Assembly (NCBI GenBank): GCA_964016885.1
Contig: OZ024751.1
Span: 28,024,001-28,088,000 of the forward strand
Length of the DNA: 64,000 nucleotides
Origin: Eledone cirrhosa
Lineage: Eukaryota
Reading direction: 5' to 3'
Shown here: positions 32,397-47,884 of the stretch, one piece after another
How the letters are laid out: every line of letters starts with the position of its first letter
How positions within the stretch are numbered: the first letter of the stretch is position 1
The notes under the pieces: model-generated
Told to the model about the DNA's origin: nothing
Databases searched by the model: none
Seen by the model: only the letters and a program-made list of their open reading frames with translations
Translations under genes and position numbers: made by a program

Positions 32397-32752
32397 CATA
32401 CATATATATGTATATAGATACATATATATGTATATAGATATAGATATATACACAATAATGATTTCTTATATATATACGTATATATATGTGTGTGTGCGTG
32501 TGTGTGTGTGTGTATGCATTATGTATGTTTGTGTGCTTTATTGTATGCATGCGTGTGATTGGTGTGTGGTGTTATTGTTCTTGCTTCTATTGTTGTTGTT
32601 ATGCCTTTTGTTAATGTTAGTGCTAATGTTGTTGTTGTTGTTGTTGTTGTTTCTATTGTTGTTGTTGTTGTTGTTGTTTCTATTGTTGCAAACAGCTTTA
32701 TGGAATCATATAAGAGCTTGCAGGTCGTACAACATCGAGACATTATTGTAAC

Positions 32753-32861
32753 AGAGCGGTGGATTGGCAGTATCGGTAGAGGGGCGGACGCCATGCTTTG
32801 CAGTATAGAGTTACGGCCCTTTATTGTCTGAGTTCAATTCCCGCCGAGGTTAACTTTGCCT
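32753..32861 (+). mobile_element. SINE family 1, 5' half
   Basis: GGTGGATTGGCAGTATCGGTAGA...GAGTTCAATTCCCGCCGAGGTTAACTTTGCC. Confidence 0.8.
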
Positions 32862-33226
32862 AACATTTTTGAGAATATTAGTCTACGACTAATATTCTAT
32901 TTAGGAAACCATTGCATGAATTTGAAAACAAAAATTACTTAAAATCTTAAATCAAATACCTTAAACTAAAAAAATAATAATAATAAATCAGAGATTCATC
33001 GAAAAAAAAAACAAAAAATAAAAAACAACTAAAAACTAGGTTAAACATTCTTGGTCTTTATTCTCGAGTTCATTCCTTTCAACCGTTCAAACTCTTCCCC
33101 CCAAAACCTACTTTTATCCTTACAATCATTTGCTGTCTCGGCTAATTTTGGGGCATGAGCAGGGATTACCTTATGAGCAGTCATAGCTAGATTCTCCTTC
33201 CAATGAATATCGTTTATTCATTGTCT

Positions 33227-33835
33227 AGGCGCGTGGCCTGGTGGTAAGTGCATTGGACTTACGATCATAATGTCGTGAGTTCGTTTTCTGAACTGAGTTG
33301 TGTGTTCTTGAACAAAACATTTTATTTCACGTTGCTCCTGTATACTCAGCTGAAAATGAGTCCCAGCAGTAATAGCTGGCTGTTTAACCCTGCGATTGAC
33401 TGGCATCTTGTCCAGGAGCCTGGGGTGTCTTGTACTCTCAGTCGCTTCCTGCCATGGAAACGGAGATCAGCACCGGCCTGATGAGCCACTGAGCTCAAGA
33501 CACTGATGTTAACACTGTGAAGGAGGGAGTTTTATACGCTTAGGAAACCCTGATAAGCAACGGCCTGATAAGCTTCCGGGCTCGAGACAGTCTTTAATAC
33601 TGTGATGGACTGGCGCCCTGTCCAGGATGGAGTTGTATTCTCCCAGTCCCTTCACGCCACGGAAACTGGGATAAGTACCAGTTTGATGAGTCTTCGGGCT
33701 CGAGAGAGACTTTAACACTATAATGGACTGGCGTCTTGTCCAGGAGGGAGTCTTATACTCTCAGTCGCTTCACGCCAGGGAAACCCGGATAAGCACCAAC
33801 TTGATCAACCACCGGGCTCGAGAGAGATTTTAGAC
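33227..33835 (+). mobile_element. tRNA-derived SINE family 2 (CORE-like) with tandemly reiterated 3' tail
   Basis: GGCGCGTGGCCTGGTGGTAAG head and GTGTTCTTGAACAAAACATTTTATTTCACGTTGCTC core. The tail unit (GACTGGC..TGTCCAGG...GGAAAC..GATAAG...GGGCTCGAGA) occurs about 4 times. Confidence 0.75.
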
Positions 33836-35268
33836 TAGTTTAGTTATTCGTTCGTTCTCTCGCTCCTTCATTCGTTCGTTTGTTCGTTAATTGTCCGTCT
33901 TTCATCATCGTTCTCTTGGACTTATTTTTTTTCATTTTCTCTCATTTTTCTCTTATCCTTCATTTTGTTTTTTATACATACACACACATTTATATATATA
34001 TATTTTTTTTTATTAAATATTTATTTGTCTGTTTTTCTTCTTCAGCGTTTACAAGGTAATTGAATGACCTTAATGTCATTGGAGAACTTTTATTTATTTG
34101 TTAATTTATTCATTTTAATTATTTTTCATTTTTTTTTTTTTGAAAGACATTTTCTAACGATATTTTAGTTTTCTTCTTAAAACAAACAACTACTGCAAGT
34201 AATAATGTACCAACAGTGCCTTGAACGTCTTCAAAAACGAACGGTTTCCATATTTTTAGCCAAGGCGTTCTACTAGTTCTAGAAAGAAAGGCTAAAAGAA
34301 AATAGCAGACGATGGCTAATGAACCTTTGAAATATCACTGTTACTTTACTGATAACATAACTTGTTGCACTTTTTCTTCAGTAATTTCCGAATTAATAGA
34401 ACAGCTTTTTGTTTTTCATCTTGTCGTTCACCAATAAAAGCTAGTTTAAACACACAGACGCACTCATAAACACACGTATATATACACATATATCATACAT
34501 ACACTTAACACATATAAATACACATATAGACACTCACATAAAATACACATAAACACACGCATATATATATATATACACATATCATACATACACATAACAC
34601 ATAAATACATATATATACACACACATACACAGATGAACAAGCACACATGCATATACACATAAACACACAGAGACGCACTCACAAACACACGCATATATAC
34701 ACACATACTATACATACACATAACACATAAATACAAATATATACACACATATACATATGAACACACTCGTATATAAGGACACATACATATACACATAAAC
34801 ACACACAAAAATACACATAAACATATACATATGTACACACATATCTTACAAATACATAACATACATAAATACACATATATACACACACATCCATATGAAC
34901 GCACATGTAAAAGCACACATGCATATACACACAAACACACACATAAAAACACACATTTACAAACACACATGCATATATAAACAAACATATAAAGACACCC
35001 ACGCACATACACAAAAACACACACATGTATAACAACATACATATACAGACACACACATACACATGCACACGCACCTGTACACATACACACGCACACATAC
35101 ATAAACAGATACACACACAACACATACACATAAGCACACATTCCCTCACTCACAAATACACATGCACACACACACACACACCAACAAGCACACGCTCATA
35201 AAACACTCACACTCACACGCAGAAACACAAACACACACACACAAACACAAACACACACAGACACACAA

Positions 35269-35300
<32 letters not shown>

Positions 35301-35427
35301 ACACACACTAAAGTTACTGCAGTAAATTAAGGCATGTGAGATTCCTCTTTAACCATGTCTAGTTTCCGTCTTCTTTCTTTCTATTTTCATTTATTTATTA
35401 CTGTTGTTGTTGTTGTTATTATTATTA

Positions 35428-35531
<104 letters not shown>

Positions 35532-36109
35532 GTTGTTGTTGTCGTTGTCGTGTGGCTATTTTTTTGAAATTTTGGAATTTCTTTAAAATTTTAGACTATA
35601 ACTAAAAGAACACGAGTTTTTGCATGTGTGTGTGTATGTGTATATGCGCGTGTGTGTCTGTATGTGTGTGTATAGTCTGTGTGTGCATGTGCGTGTTTTT
35701 TTAACCTTTTGCAAAATTTAGTTTTTCTTAACTTGGTCAAATACTAAAAATAAAAATTATATTAAAAAAAAATCGAAAAATAAAGTAAAATAAAACCATA
35801 AAAGAAATTAAAAAAATTTTGGAAAAAAAAATATTATTAAAAAAAAACAAAAAATTGTTTCAAACTATAGAATTCTTACGGTCCCCAAAAGGGTAAGTTC
35901 TGTTCTGACATAATGATGCTATTGTACAAAATATACTTAGTAAACTACCAACAAATTCTGGGTGGAATATGAAAACATCTTTTGCCAAAAATTAAATTAA
36001 AGAAATTTTGACCGGAAATTATTCACTTTTAGCATTTTTAACACAATTTCTTTTCTTTTATTTTAAAATTTGATATCCAGTTCATTATTTTGTATAAATT
36101 CCGTGAACT

Positions 36110-36250
36110 ACATTGCTGAGGTTTTGAGTATCAGATATTTGGAGGCCATGGGTTTAGCGTAGTGTGAGTGGAGAATTTGGGCTCTCTCGTCTATAGTGTT
36201 AATCCAGAGTTCCGTGTCTAATACAGGTAGTCTATTGTTAGGGTGTTTAA
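36110..36250 (-). mobile_element. PLE RT fragment (RT7/thumb region)
   Basis: HPNNRLPVLDTELWI...HSHYAKPMASKYLILKTSAM resembles the PLE LPFLD...YxKP region. It adjoins an HHR-bearing repeat at 36290-36590. Confidence 0.7.
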
Positions 36251-36306
36251 ACAGATAAAATAAAGATGGCGTAGACATACAATAGAACAGGAGGAAACAT
36301 AATAGC

Positions 36307-36348
36307 ACCACTGACGATGTTGCAGATGTGCAACGAAAGAACTTTGTT
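36307..36348 (+). ncRNA. Minimal type I hammerhead motif, family B'
   Basis: acca CUGACGA u GUUGCA gaug UGCAAC GAAA gaac UU^ uguu. Stem II covaries relative to family B. Confidence 0.7.
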
Positions 36349-36618
36349 AGACTATAGATATGTGTTTGTGTCTATATTATATCTGTATTTTTGACCGTTG
36401 ATCAGTCAATGGTAAACATTGAGGACCGAATAAATTAACTGATATAAAAGATACAGAAGCGAAAACCAACCAAACAGTGAGTGTGTTCTGTTATTAATTC
36501 TGGCAATATTACACAAATATGACCCTCCCCAAGTATAACAATATTTGTTTCGACACACGATTTCATATCAAAAACCTCGTAAAACATATATATATAATGT
36601 AATATATATATATATATA

Positions 36619-36759
<141 letters not shown>

Positions 36760-37382
36760 AACGGAAAAAATGAAACGAAATTTCATTTCTTACTCTTAGT
36801 ACGACTGTTACTTAAATATAAGGATGTATACGTACATACATATATGTATACAGACGTACAGTAGTATGTATATATATACATACATGCACACATATATATA
36901 TGTACGTATGGATTTACCGAACATTTATTATAATGCTCAGTTTGTTTGTAAACAAACATCCCGAATTAAGCCGTACAGTGTCTAGCAACCATCGTTGCCC
37001 TTTTGTTCAACACTGACAAAGGAACGATGTACTAGTTTCAAGCTTATTAGCTATTGTCAGCACCGTATACCTTCCTGCCAGATGATTGAACGCCTGAAGG
37101 TATATACTTTCCTTATGCATATTAACGGCTGAGCAGCCTAATTTGCATATCGAGTGAGTTAATCGGTCGGGCGCACCGAAAACGATAAACGGAAAAAATG
37201 AAACGAAATTTCATTTCTCACTCTTAGTACGGTTGTTACTTAAATATAAGAAATAGCCGTCGAATTGGCTTGAGCTCTGCCGTCGGGGTCATACATTTTC
37301 CTATTACCCACTCTACTACCCTAAGTATTGAGTACTCTGGTGCGTTATGGTTCATCTAGTTCCTTACCAGAACTCCTTCGTT

Positions 37383-37413
<31 letters not shown>

Positions 37414-37430
37414 GTATATATATATAATTT

Positions 37431-37496
<66 letters not shown>

Positions 37497-37575
37497 ATAT
37501 ATATATATATGTATATATACAGTATATATATATAATTTATACATATATGAATATAATATAATATAATATAATATA

Positions 37576-37643
<68 letters not shown>

Positions 37644-37736
37644 TATATTATATCAAAGCAAACGACAGAGTACACTGAATAAAAACATATTAGTTTTACG
37701 CCTTATATAGTAGGACCATTATATAGCCTTATATAG

Positions 37737-37771
37737 TCTTACCATTTCGGACGCTAGTCCTTTATCAGGAA
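37737..37771 (-). ncRNA. Degenerate hammerhead motif, family C-like
   Basis: CUGAUAA a GGAC uagc GUCC GAAA ugg UA aga. G8 is mutated. Confidence 0.45.
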
Positions 37772-38519
37772 ATGGAATGATAAATTCAAAAAGAAATATT
37801 AGAAGGATAGAGGGGAGTGAGCAGAGGTAGAACGAGAAAAAATGTCTTCGATGATAAAAAGAGGTCTGTTTTGGTGACCATCTATTAAAACTCCTCTCTA
37901 TTGAGGATTTTGTTATAAATTTTATTCTGTTATATTTTACTTTATTTTTATATTTTGTTATTGCCTCCTCCTTATTGAGGACGCCTTGTTTTGTAAACTC
38001 CCCCCATTGTACTAGTCCCACTTTTGATGCCCTGGTGGCAAATAAAAGAAACACATCTATTATAAAACTGTTGAATTCGGCGTTGGTATAAACAGTTCAG
38101 TTGGTTATCTTTTGAAGGGCCTTGCTTAAAGGTGTCTATAGAAATGTTAACAGTTTTTGTGTATTTTTAAATGGCCGAAGTGTCTCTTCCAGTCAGTAAT
38201 TATAATTTCAGTTGTTTCAATGTTCACGGTAATTATACTAATTAATGGACTAAATGTTAATTAACTGAATAATAAAGAGTCTCAGATCAAGTCAATTGTC
38301 ACACAAACACTGCTCCGTAATTATAATTACCCTACCAATGTAACATTACCTGAGTGATTACCTAAGTGACTACCTGAGTGACAAAAGTATACTTACTGAT
38401 AAATCTGTCGAGATGGCTAACAATATAATATAATATAATATAATATAGTATAATATAATATAATATAATATAATGTAATGTAATATATAATATAATATAT
38501 GATATGATATTATAATATA

Positions 38520-38706
38520 ATTGTTTCTACTTTAGGCACAAAGCCAGCAATTACCCAGTGTATTACTGATACTTTATTTTATCGACCCCGTAAGGATGAA
38601 AGGCAAAGTCAACCTCGGCGGGATTTGAACTCAGAATTGCAAGGGCCGTAACTCTATGCGTCAAAGCATGGCGTCAGACCCTCTACCGATACTGCCAATT
38701 CACCGA
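38520..38706 (-). mobile_element. SINE family 1 within a (TAATA)n array
   Basis: Consensus match on the minus strand. Confidence 0.85.
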
Positions 38707-39080
38707 TATAATATAATATAATATAATATGATATAATATAATATAATATAATATAATATAATATAATATAATATAATATAATATAATATAATATAATATA
38801 ATATAATATAATATAATATAATATAATATAATATAATATAATATAATATAATATAATATAATATAATATAATATAATATAATATAATATAATATAATATA
38901 ATATAATATAATATAATATAATATAATATAATATAATATAATATAATATGATATGATATAATATAATATAATATAATATAATATAATATAATATAATATA
39001 ATATAATATAATATAATATGATATAATATGATATAATATAATATGATATGATATAATATGATATAATATGATATAATATA
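38707..39080. repeat. (ATATA/TAATA)n pentamer array
   Basis: Seen directly. Confidence 0.95.
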
Positions 39081-39294
39081 GTATATGTGTTGAATAATGA
39101 AAACTAGAGGCAAAGGTTAGTACTAAATGCAATTTATTGTTTTACGATCATTTCAGAAGGTTGATTGATCATCATAAGTCGATATATTCACTAATTGATA
39201 GTAGTTATGTAACCCGATCTTTCTCATCGTCTTCCTCAGAAACAAATAATTAGACTCTTAATTTGCAATATATATACAGTATATGTTTATATAC

Positions 39295-39325
<31 letters not shown>

Positions 39326-39329
39326 GTGC

Positions 39330-39391
<62 letters not shown>

Positions 39392-39539
39392 GTGTGTGTG
39401 TGTGTCTATACATATATATATGTATGTATGTATTTATATATGTTTATATATAAATACATACATACATATATATGTATAGACACACACGCACACACACGCA
39501 CACACACACACACGCATAAACACCCACACAAACACAAAA

Positions 39540-39578
<39 letters not shown>

Positions 39579-39705
39579 AAATTGTATTCGTTGAATAATC
39601 AACGAACCATATAAACTTTGGTTATATATATATATATATACACATATATATATATATTCAATGATATTAAATAAATGGAAACTATATTTATAAAACCATA
39701 TTTAT

Positions 39706-39760
39706 TCTATTATATATATTTCAAGGGTACCAAAACTTTGGTACGCTATCATCAGATAAA
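39706..39760 (-). ncRNA. Type I hammerhead motif, family D'
   Basis: uuuau CUGAUGA u AG c GUACCAAA gu UUUGGUAC c CU u GAAA uauaua UA^ auaga. Confidence 0.7.
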
Positions 39761-40847
39761 ATACGAAGTGTGTTTTATAAACTTTGACATAACCAAGGAA
39801 AATATACCTTAACGGTTCAAGTTTTCCTTGGATAGTGAAGGGATAAGAGAAGAAAAGTAAGATATTTCAAATTATTAAGATAGGTATGCAAATGAGGTTT
39901 AGGTAAAGGGCTGAAAAAACGTTAGTTTAGACGCTATGGAGAATTTAAATAATTATGATAAGTTTTTGTATGCGTAGGAAAAAATTTTGGGGAAAAAAGT
40001 GGAATATGATTCCAGAGTTTAAATTTAAATTTATTTACCTATATTATGAGTTATAATATTGTATATATAATCAATTAGATTATATGAAGAACTATGGTTG
40101 TATTTTTATTTTATTACATTACAATAGGTTATATATATATAAATATCTATATAGATTAATAATTGGGTATGTATGTATTATTATAGAGATAGAAATAATT
40201 TACAATTATTAGTTGTTTATATATCTAATATGAGTTACGAAGGAAGTTGATTTTGTATTTTACTTAAAAAAAATTGGTGGTTCAAGTTGTGAGAGGAGAA
40301 CAATTTGTAGATTCGAAAATTTTGTTCATCATTGAAAATGTTTTCAGAATATTGTTAATTTAGCGAAGTTATCAAACATGTTTTCACGATTGAGAAAGGA
40401 AAGATAACTCCAATTTTGTTTGTTAACCGTTAAATTTGATGAGTGATTTACTCCAAAATATATATAGAAAATTATATATTATTTTGTGTGAGATTAATTA
40501 TTTTAGTCGAAAGATGTGTGAATGTTTGAATAACAAAAGGAGAGGGAAAAAGTAATGTGCTTTTCGAAGAACTATCGCAAAGAGGATACATTTTCAGAAT
40601 GTCAATTAAAGATTATCAATCTACATCTAAAAAAATATATTTAGAGGGGTGTCATTAGAAAAATAATGTCAGAATTAAAATAATGTCGGAATTAAAAATA
40701 TTAAATATATATATTAAAAATATTAAAAATATTAGAGATATTAAAATTTTTTTAGAAATATTAAAAATATTAAAAAATTTACATTTATAATATTTTTTCA
40801 TTATAAATAAATTTTAAATAAACTATTGAATATGTGTCTTTGCAATC

Positions 40848-41530
40848 CAACCAGCCATGTATCCAGCCATCCAGCCATCCAGCCACCCAGCCATCCAGCC
40901 ACCCAGCCATTCAGCCATCCATCCATCCAGCCATCCAGCCATCCAGCCATCCAGCCATCCAGCCATCCAGCCACCCAGCCATCCAACCATCCATCCATCC
41001 AGCCATCCAGCCATCCAGCCATCCAGCCATCCAGCCACCCAGCCATCCAGTCATCCAGCCACCCATCCATCCATCCAGCCATCCAGCCATCCAGCCATCC
41101 AGCCATCCAGCCATCCAGCCACCCGGCCATTCAACCATCCATCCATCCAGCCATCCAGCCACCCAGCCATTCAACCATCCAGCCATCCAGCCATCCAGCC
41201 ATCCAGCCATCCAGCCACCCGGCCATTCAACAATCCATCCATCCATCCAACAATCCATCCAGCCATCAAACCATACAGCCATATACCCGTCCAGCCACCC
41301 AGTCAGCTAGTCAGGCATCTATCTAACCATCCAATTATTCAACCATCCAGCTATCCAACCATCCAGCCATCTATATGTCCAATGAGCTAGCCAACCATCC
41401 AGCCTATAATCCAGCCAGCTCTCCAGTATTTTCACCATCCTTCCATCCATCCAGCCATCCATCCAGCCATCCATCCAGCCATCCAGCCATCCATCCAGCC
41501 ATCCATCCAGCCAGCCAGCCAGCCAGCCAG
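40848..41530. repeat. (CCATCCAG)n octamer satellite
   Basis: Seen directly. Confidence 0.95.
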
Positions 41531-41763
41531 CTAGTCAGGCACCCAGTCCCACCATCTTTTAAATAAGATTTGCCAGTGGTTGCACATGTATAATTAATTG
41601 AATGTTATGACTTATATTGGACGGCTGTCAAGGAATCGCTACACTCCAGTACATATGATGTGACCAGGTAACAGTCAGATAACTAGGAAGCACCAATTAA
41701 CAGACTTTTCTCTCTTTCACCACCAGCATCTCAACACACACACACTTACAATTTATAACACCC

Positions 41764-41845
<82 letters not shown>

Positions 41846-41994
41846 ATATGTATGTATGTATGTATTTATTTATGCATGTATGTACGTATACGTATATATA
41901 TATATAAATATATATATATATATGTATGTGTATATATATGTGTGTATGTATGTATGTATGTATTTATGCATGTATGTACGTATATATATATATA

Positions 41995-42076
<82 letters not shown>

Positions 42077-42164
42077 TACATATATGTCTCTTCATATATG
42101 TATGCATGTAAATATATATATATGTATATATATATATATATCAGTATATATATTTCAATATATG

Positions 42165-42216
<52 letters not shown>

Positions 42217-42497
42217 AGTATATATAAATGGCGACCACCTTTCACCAACAGCCGACAACGAACAGAGAGGCTAAAGCTGGTCGCTATCTGTTTTATGATA
42301 AATCACACGACTCCGCATGCAACACATAAATTACTTTTCCTCTCCAACAGCTGCGTTAGTACTGATTACCTGCCCTTCGTTGCATCGCCGTCCCACAGGG
42401 GGCCACGCTTCGATGCAAGCGGAATGTAAAAGGCTAAGAATGAATGACTCCCTTTTTCGCGCCTGCTTTCTTTCCTAAATTTTAAATGGCACGAGCG

Positions 42498-42578
<81 letters not shown>

Positions 42579-42822
42579 TAGATAGATAGATAGATAGATA
42601 GAGAGAGAGAGGGTGTCGTAAAATAATGGTGGTGATGAAGAAAGATGGCGGCAGAAAGTGGGTGAAGATATGAAGGATAAGTGTGATGTTTTGTATGAAA
42701 GTGAAGAGATTCACCAAAGTTGTTATCTGTCCGTTTCGTTAACTATAAACTGAAATCCAGGGCTGCTTTTTTGTTTTGTTTTGTTTCCCTTTCTTTTATT
42801 TCTCCAATTCCTTCGCTCTCTT

Positions 42823-42878
<56 letters not shown>

Positions 42879-42912
42879 TCTCTCTCTCTCTCTTTGTCAC
42901 TCTCTGTCTATC

Positions 42913-42943
<31 letters not shown>

Positions 42944-43151
42944 CCACACACACACATACACATATATATATATATGTGTGTGTATGTGTGTGTGTGTGTG
43001 TGTCTGTGTACCTATTCCCCCATCTCTCACTCTCTCCCTCTCTCTCTCTATATATATACATATATATATATATCAGGCTCTCTCTACGTCCTCCCTCTCT
43101 ACATATATATCTACTCTCTTTGTCTCTCTCTATCTTTCACTCTCTCAATCC

Positions 43152-43208
<57 letters not shown>

Positions 43209-43226
43209 GCTCTCTCTCTCTCTCTC

Positions 43227-43296
<70 letters not shown>

Positions 43297-44500
43297 TATA
43301 TCTCCAACCCACTACATGTTTCCTTATAACACATCTCTCTCCCCCCACTCTCTCCCCCTACATACACACCTACCTTCCTGCACCGTCTCTCCCACCCACT
43401 AAATGTTTCCCTATGACATAGATCAACGCATCAACAGCAAATTGCGTGCTATTCACTGATGCGTGTGATGAGAGAGAGAGAGAGAGAGAGATAGAAAGAG
43501 AGTGAAAGGGAGGGAGAAAGAGAGAGAGAGAGAGAAAGAGAGAGGATGACTGAGAGAGAGAGACAAACAATGGTGGAAAAGAAATATATATATTTACAAT
43601 GGCGAGAAGGTTCGCTTGTTTGTGGTGAGATTGTTGTTGTTGCTCTGGTGATATTCGGATAGATTGGTGGGTGGTGGTGGCGATGGGAGTGGCGATAATG
43701 GTGGCGGTGTGTAGTGGTGGTGGTCATGGTGGTGGTGGTGTGTAGTGGTCATGGTGGTGGTCATGGTGGTGGTAGTGGTGGTGGTGTGTAGTGGTCATGG
43801 TGGTGGTCATGGTGGTGGTAGTGTGTAGTGGTGGTGGTGTGTGGTGGTCATGGTGGTGGTGGTGTGTAGTGGTGGTGGTGTGTGGTAGTCATGGTGGTGG
43901 TGGTGGAGGTGGTGGTGGTGTGTGGTGTGTGGTGATCATGGTGGTGGTGGTAGTGGTGGCGATGGTAGTGGCGAAAATGGTGGTGGCGGTGTGTGGTGGT
44001 CATGGGGGTGGTGGGGGTGTGTGGTTGTCATGGTGGTGGTGGTGGTGGTGGTGTGTGGTGGTCATGGTGGTGGTGGTGGTGGTAGTGGTATGTGGTGGTG
44101 GTGGTGGTGTGAGGTGGTGGTGTGTGGTTGTGGTGGTGGTGGTGGTGTGAGGTGGTGGTGTGTGGTGGTGGTGGTGTGTGGTGGTCATGGTGGTGGCGAT
44201 AATGGTGGTGGTGGTGTGGGTGGTGGCGGCTGTAATGGTGGTAGTGGTGTGTCGTGGTGATTGTGTGTGTTGGCGGTGGTAGCTGAAATGGTGGTGGTGG
44301 TGGTGATGATAGTGGTCGTGGTGGTAGTGATGATGGTGTGGGTGGCGGCGGCAGTAATGGTGGTGGTAGTGTGGTGGTGATGATGGTGGTGGTGGTGGTG
44401 ATGGTGTTGTTGGTGGTGATGGCGATGGTGACGATGGTGACAGTGGTGATGGTGTTTCTGTTGGGTGGCAGCGATGGTGGTCGGTAGTAGTAGTAGCAGC

Positions 44501-44555
<55 letters not shown>

Positions 44556-44822
44556 CTGGGTGTATGGGAAGGCTGGCTACTGTTGTTAGTTGGTGAAAGT
44601 TGTAGGTGGCGATGGTGGTGCTGGCGTGGGTGTTGTTGGTGTGGGCGGCGGTGACGGTGTTGTAAGGGCTGCAGCGGTGGTGAGGGGAATATTTAACTGG
44701 AATTGCTTTAACCAAGGAGAAAACAAAATGGATGATTGTCCTAGACTAGTGGTCAGTCTGTCAGTCGTTCTACGTATCTATGTCTCTGTCCGTCTGTCTG
44801 TCTGTCAGTCTGTTTGTCTGTT

Positions 44823-44886
<64 letters not shown>

Positions 44887-44906
44887 AGTCTGTCTGTCTG
44901 TCTGTA

Positions 44907-44950
<44 letters not shown>

Positions 44951-45100
44951 AGTCTGTCTGTCTGTCTGTCTGTCTATCAGTCTGTCTATCTGTCAGTCAG
45001 TCTGTCTGTCTGTCTGTCTGTCTATCTGTCTGTCTGTCTGACTGTCTATCTGTCTATCTGTCAGTCAGTTTGTTTATCTGTCTATTTGTCAGTCTATATA

Positions 45101-45288
45101 AGGGCAGTGGTTTGGCAGTATCGGTAGAGCGTCAGACACCATGTATTGCAGCATAGTTATGGCCCTTTACGGTCTGAGTTCAAATCCCGCCGAGGTTAAC
45201 TTTGCCTTTCATCCTTACGAGGTCGATAAAATAAAGTACCAGTAATGTACTGGGATAATTGCTGGCCTTGTGCCAAAAGTAGAAACTA
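45101..45288 (+). mobile_element. SINE family 1
   Basis: Consensus match. Confidence 0.85.
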
Positions 45289-45438
45289 TATTAGTTGTAG
45301 TAGTAGTAGTAGTAGTAGTGACTATGGTAGCAGTTGTGGTGGTGGTGGTAGCAGTAGTGGTGGCTGAGGCAGTGGATGATGGTATTGGTGGTAGTAGGGT
45401 GGGAGTGAAAAGACAAAAGAAAACAGTAAGAAGAGAAA

Positions 45439-45474
<36 letters not shown>

Positions 45475-45731
45475 GACGATGATGATGATGATGATGATGA
45501 TGATGAAATAGAAGAACAACAAAATCAATTATAAGAACAAAAAGAAAAGAGAGGAATATATATATACACATATATATATATATATAAAGAGAGAGAGAGA
45601 TGAGAGAGAAAGAGAGAGAGAGAGAGAGATGAGAGAGAGAGAGAGGGACGGTGTGTAGTATGTCTATTTGAGGGAAATTCTGTTCTGGTATCAGAAGAAA
45701 AGATTACGAGAGGTATGGAATATATATATAT

Positions 45732-46052
<321 letters not shown>

Positions 46053-46152
46053 CTACCCGCCGAAATGCGATTCTCGCTAAATTTATATATTTATATAAGA
46101 TGGCGTAGGACTGAACAAAGGAGAGGCACAAAAACAAAGAAAAGAATCCCCA

Positions 46153-46195
46153 GTCACTGAAGAGGTCACAGAATGTGTGACGAAAGAACTTTGAC
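46153..46195 (+). ncRNA. Minimal type I hammerhead motif, family B
   Basis: Identical to 28057-28099, within a repeat ~46125-46355 that matches ~28030-28242. Confidence 0.75.
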
Positions 46196-46363
46196 AATAT
46201 ACGAACAATAGTCTGGTTGTGGAACCAACCAACCAACCGGAAATTTATAAATTCTTAAATTTATAAATTTAATCTAATTTATAATAAATTGAAGTGAAGC
46301 AACTGGTGCGTGGGTTTCTTATTGGCAACATGACCCTCCCAAAGCATAACAATATATATATAC

Positions 46364-46577
<214 letters not shown>

Positions 46578-46579
46578 CT

Positions 46580-47800
46580 AACCCTAAGATTAGAATTATA
46601 TGCCCTTCTAAATCAGACATAGGAAAAATGAGCAAACATATACTTGACAGGGTAAGAACTCAATTGAAAAAGAAAATAGAAATTAAATTATGAGGCAACA
46701 CTAGCAAAGCAATTCGCTGGTTTAATAACGTTAAGAACAAGAGTAAGTCTAAGTTTATACAATTCGACATTGACGAATACTACTCTTCAATCTCACCCAG
46801 TACTTTACGTAAGGCGCTATCGTTTGCCAAAGTCAATTCCGACCTAACAGAGGACGAAATTAATATTATTCTAGAGGCCAGGAAAACTATTATCAAGTTT
46901 GATAACTGCTACTGGGAACGTAGGGACAGACCCACAAAGTTCTACATCACCATGGGCTCTAACGACTCAGCGGAGGTCACGGATCTTGTGGGAATTTACA
47001 TAGCCCACATACTACATGGAAAATTTAGTAATCTACAGGGGGGAATATATAGAGATGACGCGCTTTTATTAGTTAATAACTTAAATAACCAAAATCTTGA
47101 AAGGCTACGGAAAAACATTAGAAATTCTTTTAGTGAACTGGGTCTAAAAATAACGTACGAATACAATCTTAAAGTGGTAAATTTCCTTGACGTAACTCTT
47201 AATTTGAATACTGGACTGATACAACCCTTCCACAAGATAAATGAGAACCTTACCTATGTTAATTTTAATTCGAATCACCCACTTTCCATGATCAAATCGG
47301 TTCCCCGTAGTATTTCTCTCAGAATCTCTCGCCTATCGTCTAACTTTTCAGAGATTTTCAGTGAACATGCTGAATACTATAATAACGCATTAAGGAATGC
47401 AGACCACCGTGATAAAATAGAATACATTGATAAGAATCTCCATAACACATAGCTGCACACGCAATCAAAGAATATATAACCGGGGTACAGAAATACAAGC
47501 GCACACATACAGTACCACCAGACATACTAATAGAAAATCATCACCAAATAAATCACGTTGTAGAAAGTATATCTGGTATAACCCCATTTTTAATGCTTCG
47601 ATTAGTACAAAACTATCTCTTTCATTCTTTAAGTTAATTAACAGACATTTCCCTAGTTCCCATAAATACAGTAAGATTCTAAACTCTAAGACTATTAAAC
47701 TATCATACTCCACCGCATCAAACCTTGAAGCATACATAAAAAAACTTAACTTAAAGCAATTATTAAACAACACTACAAAACAAAATATTTTAGTAACAGT
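46580..47800 (+). mobile_element. Penelope-like retroelement RT fragment (5'-truncated pseudogene; Naiad-like clade inferred)
   Basis: Frame from 46580 reads NPKIRIICPSKSDIGK...FIQFDIDEYYSSI...ITMGSNDSAEVTDLVG...GGIYRDDALL...VNFLDVTLNL...SNHP, then WYNPIFN after a frameshift. It has one in-frame TGA at 46691 and starts directly after a (TA)n tract. Confidence 0.9.
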
Positions 47801-47884
47801 TGAGCATAACGTAATATCGGCATCCCAACCACCAAATGGGAGGCGGGTATTACACAACCCACCTGAACTGTTCTCCCAACCTAT

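Noticed and set aside
33470-33710. CTGATGAG...GCTC in SINE tails as hammerheads
   Set aside because: No GAAA follows the hairpin and there is no consistent stem I/III or UH site.
46691-46693. In-frame TGA in the PLE ORF as selenocysteine (reported for some Naiad PLEs)
   Set aside because: The position appears to correspond to a Trp in the RT (xWxNT), so a TGG>TGA mutation in a frameshifted copy is simpler. No SECIS was identified.
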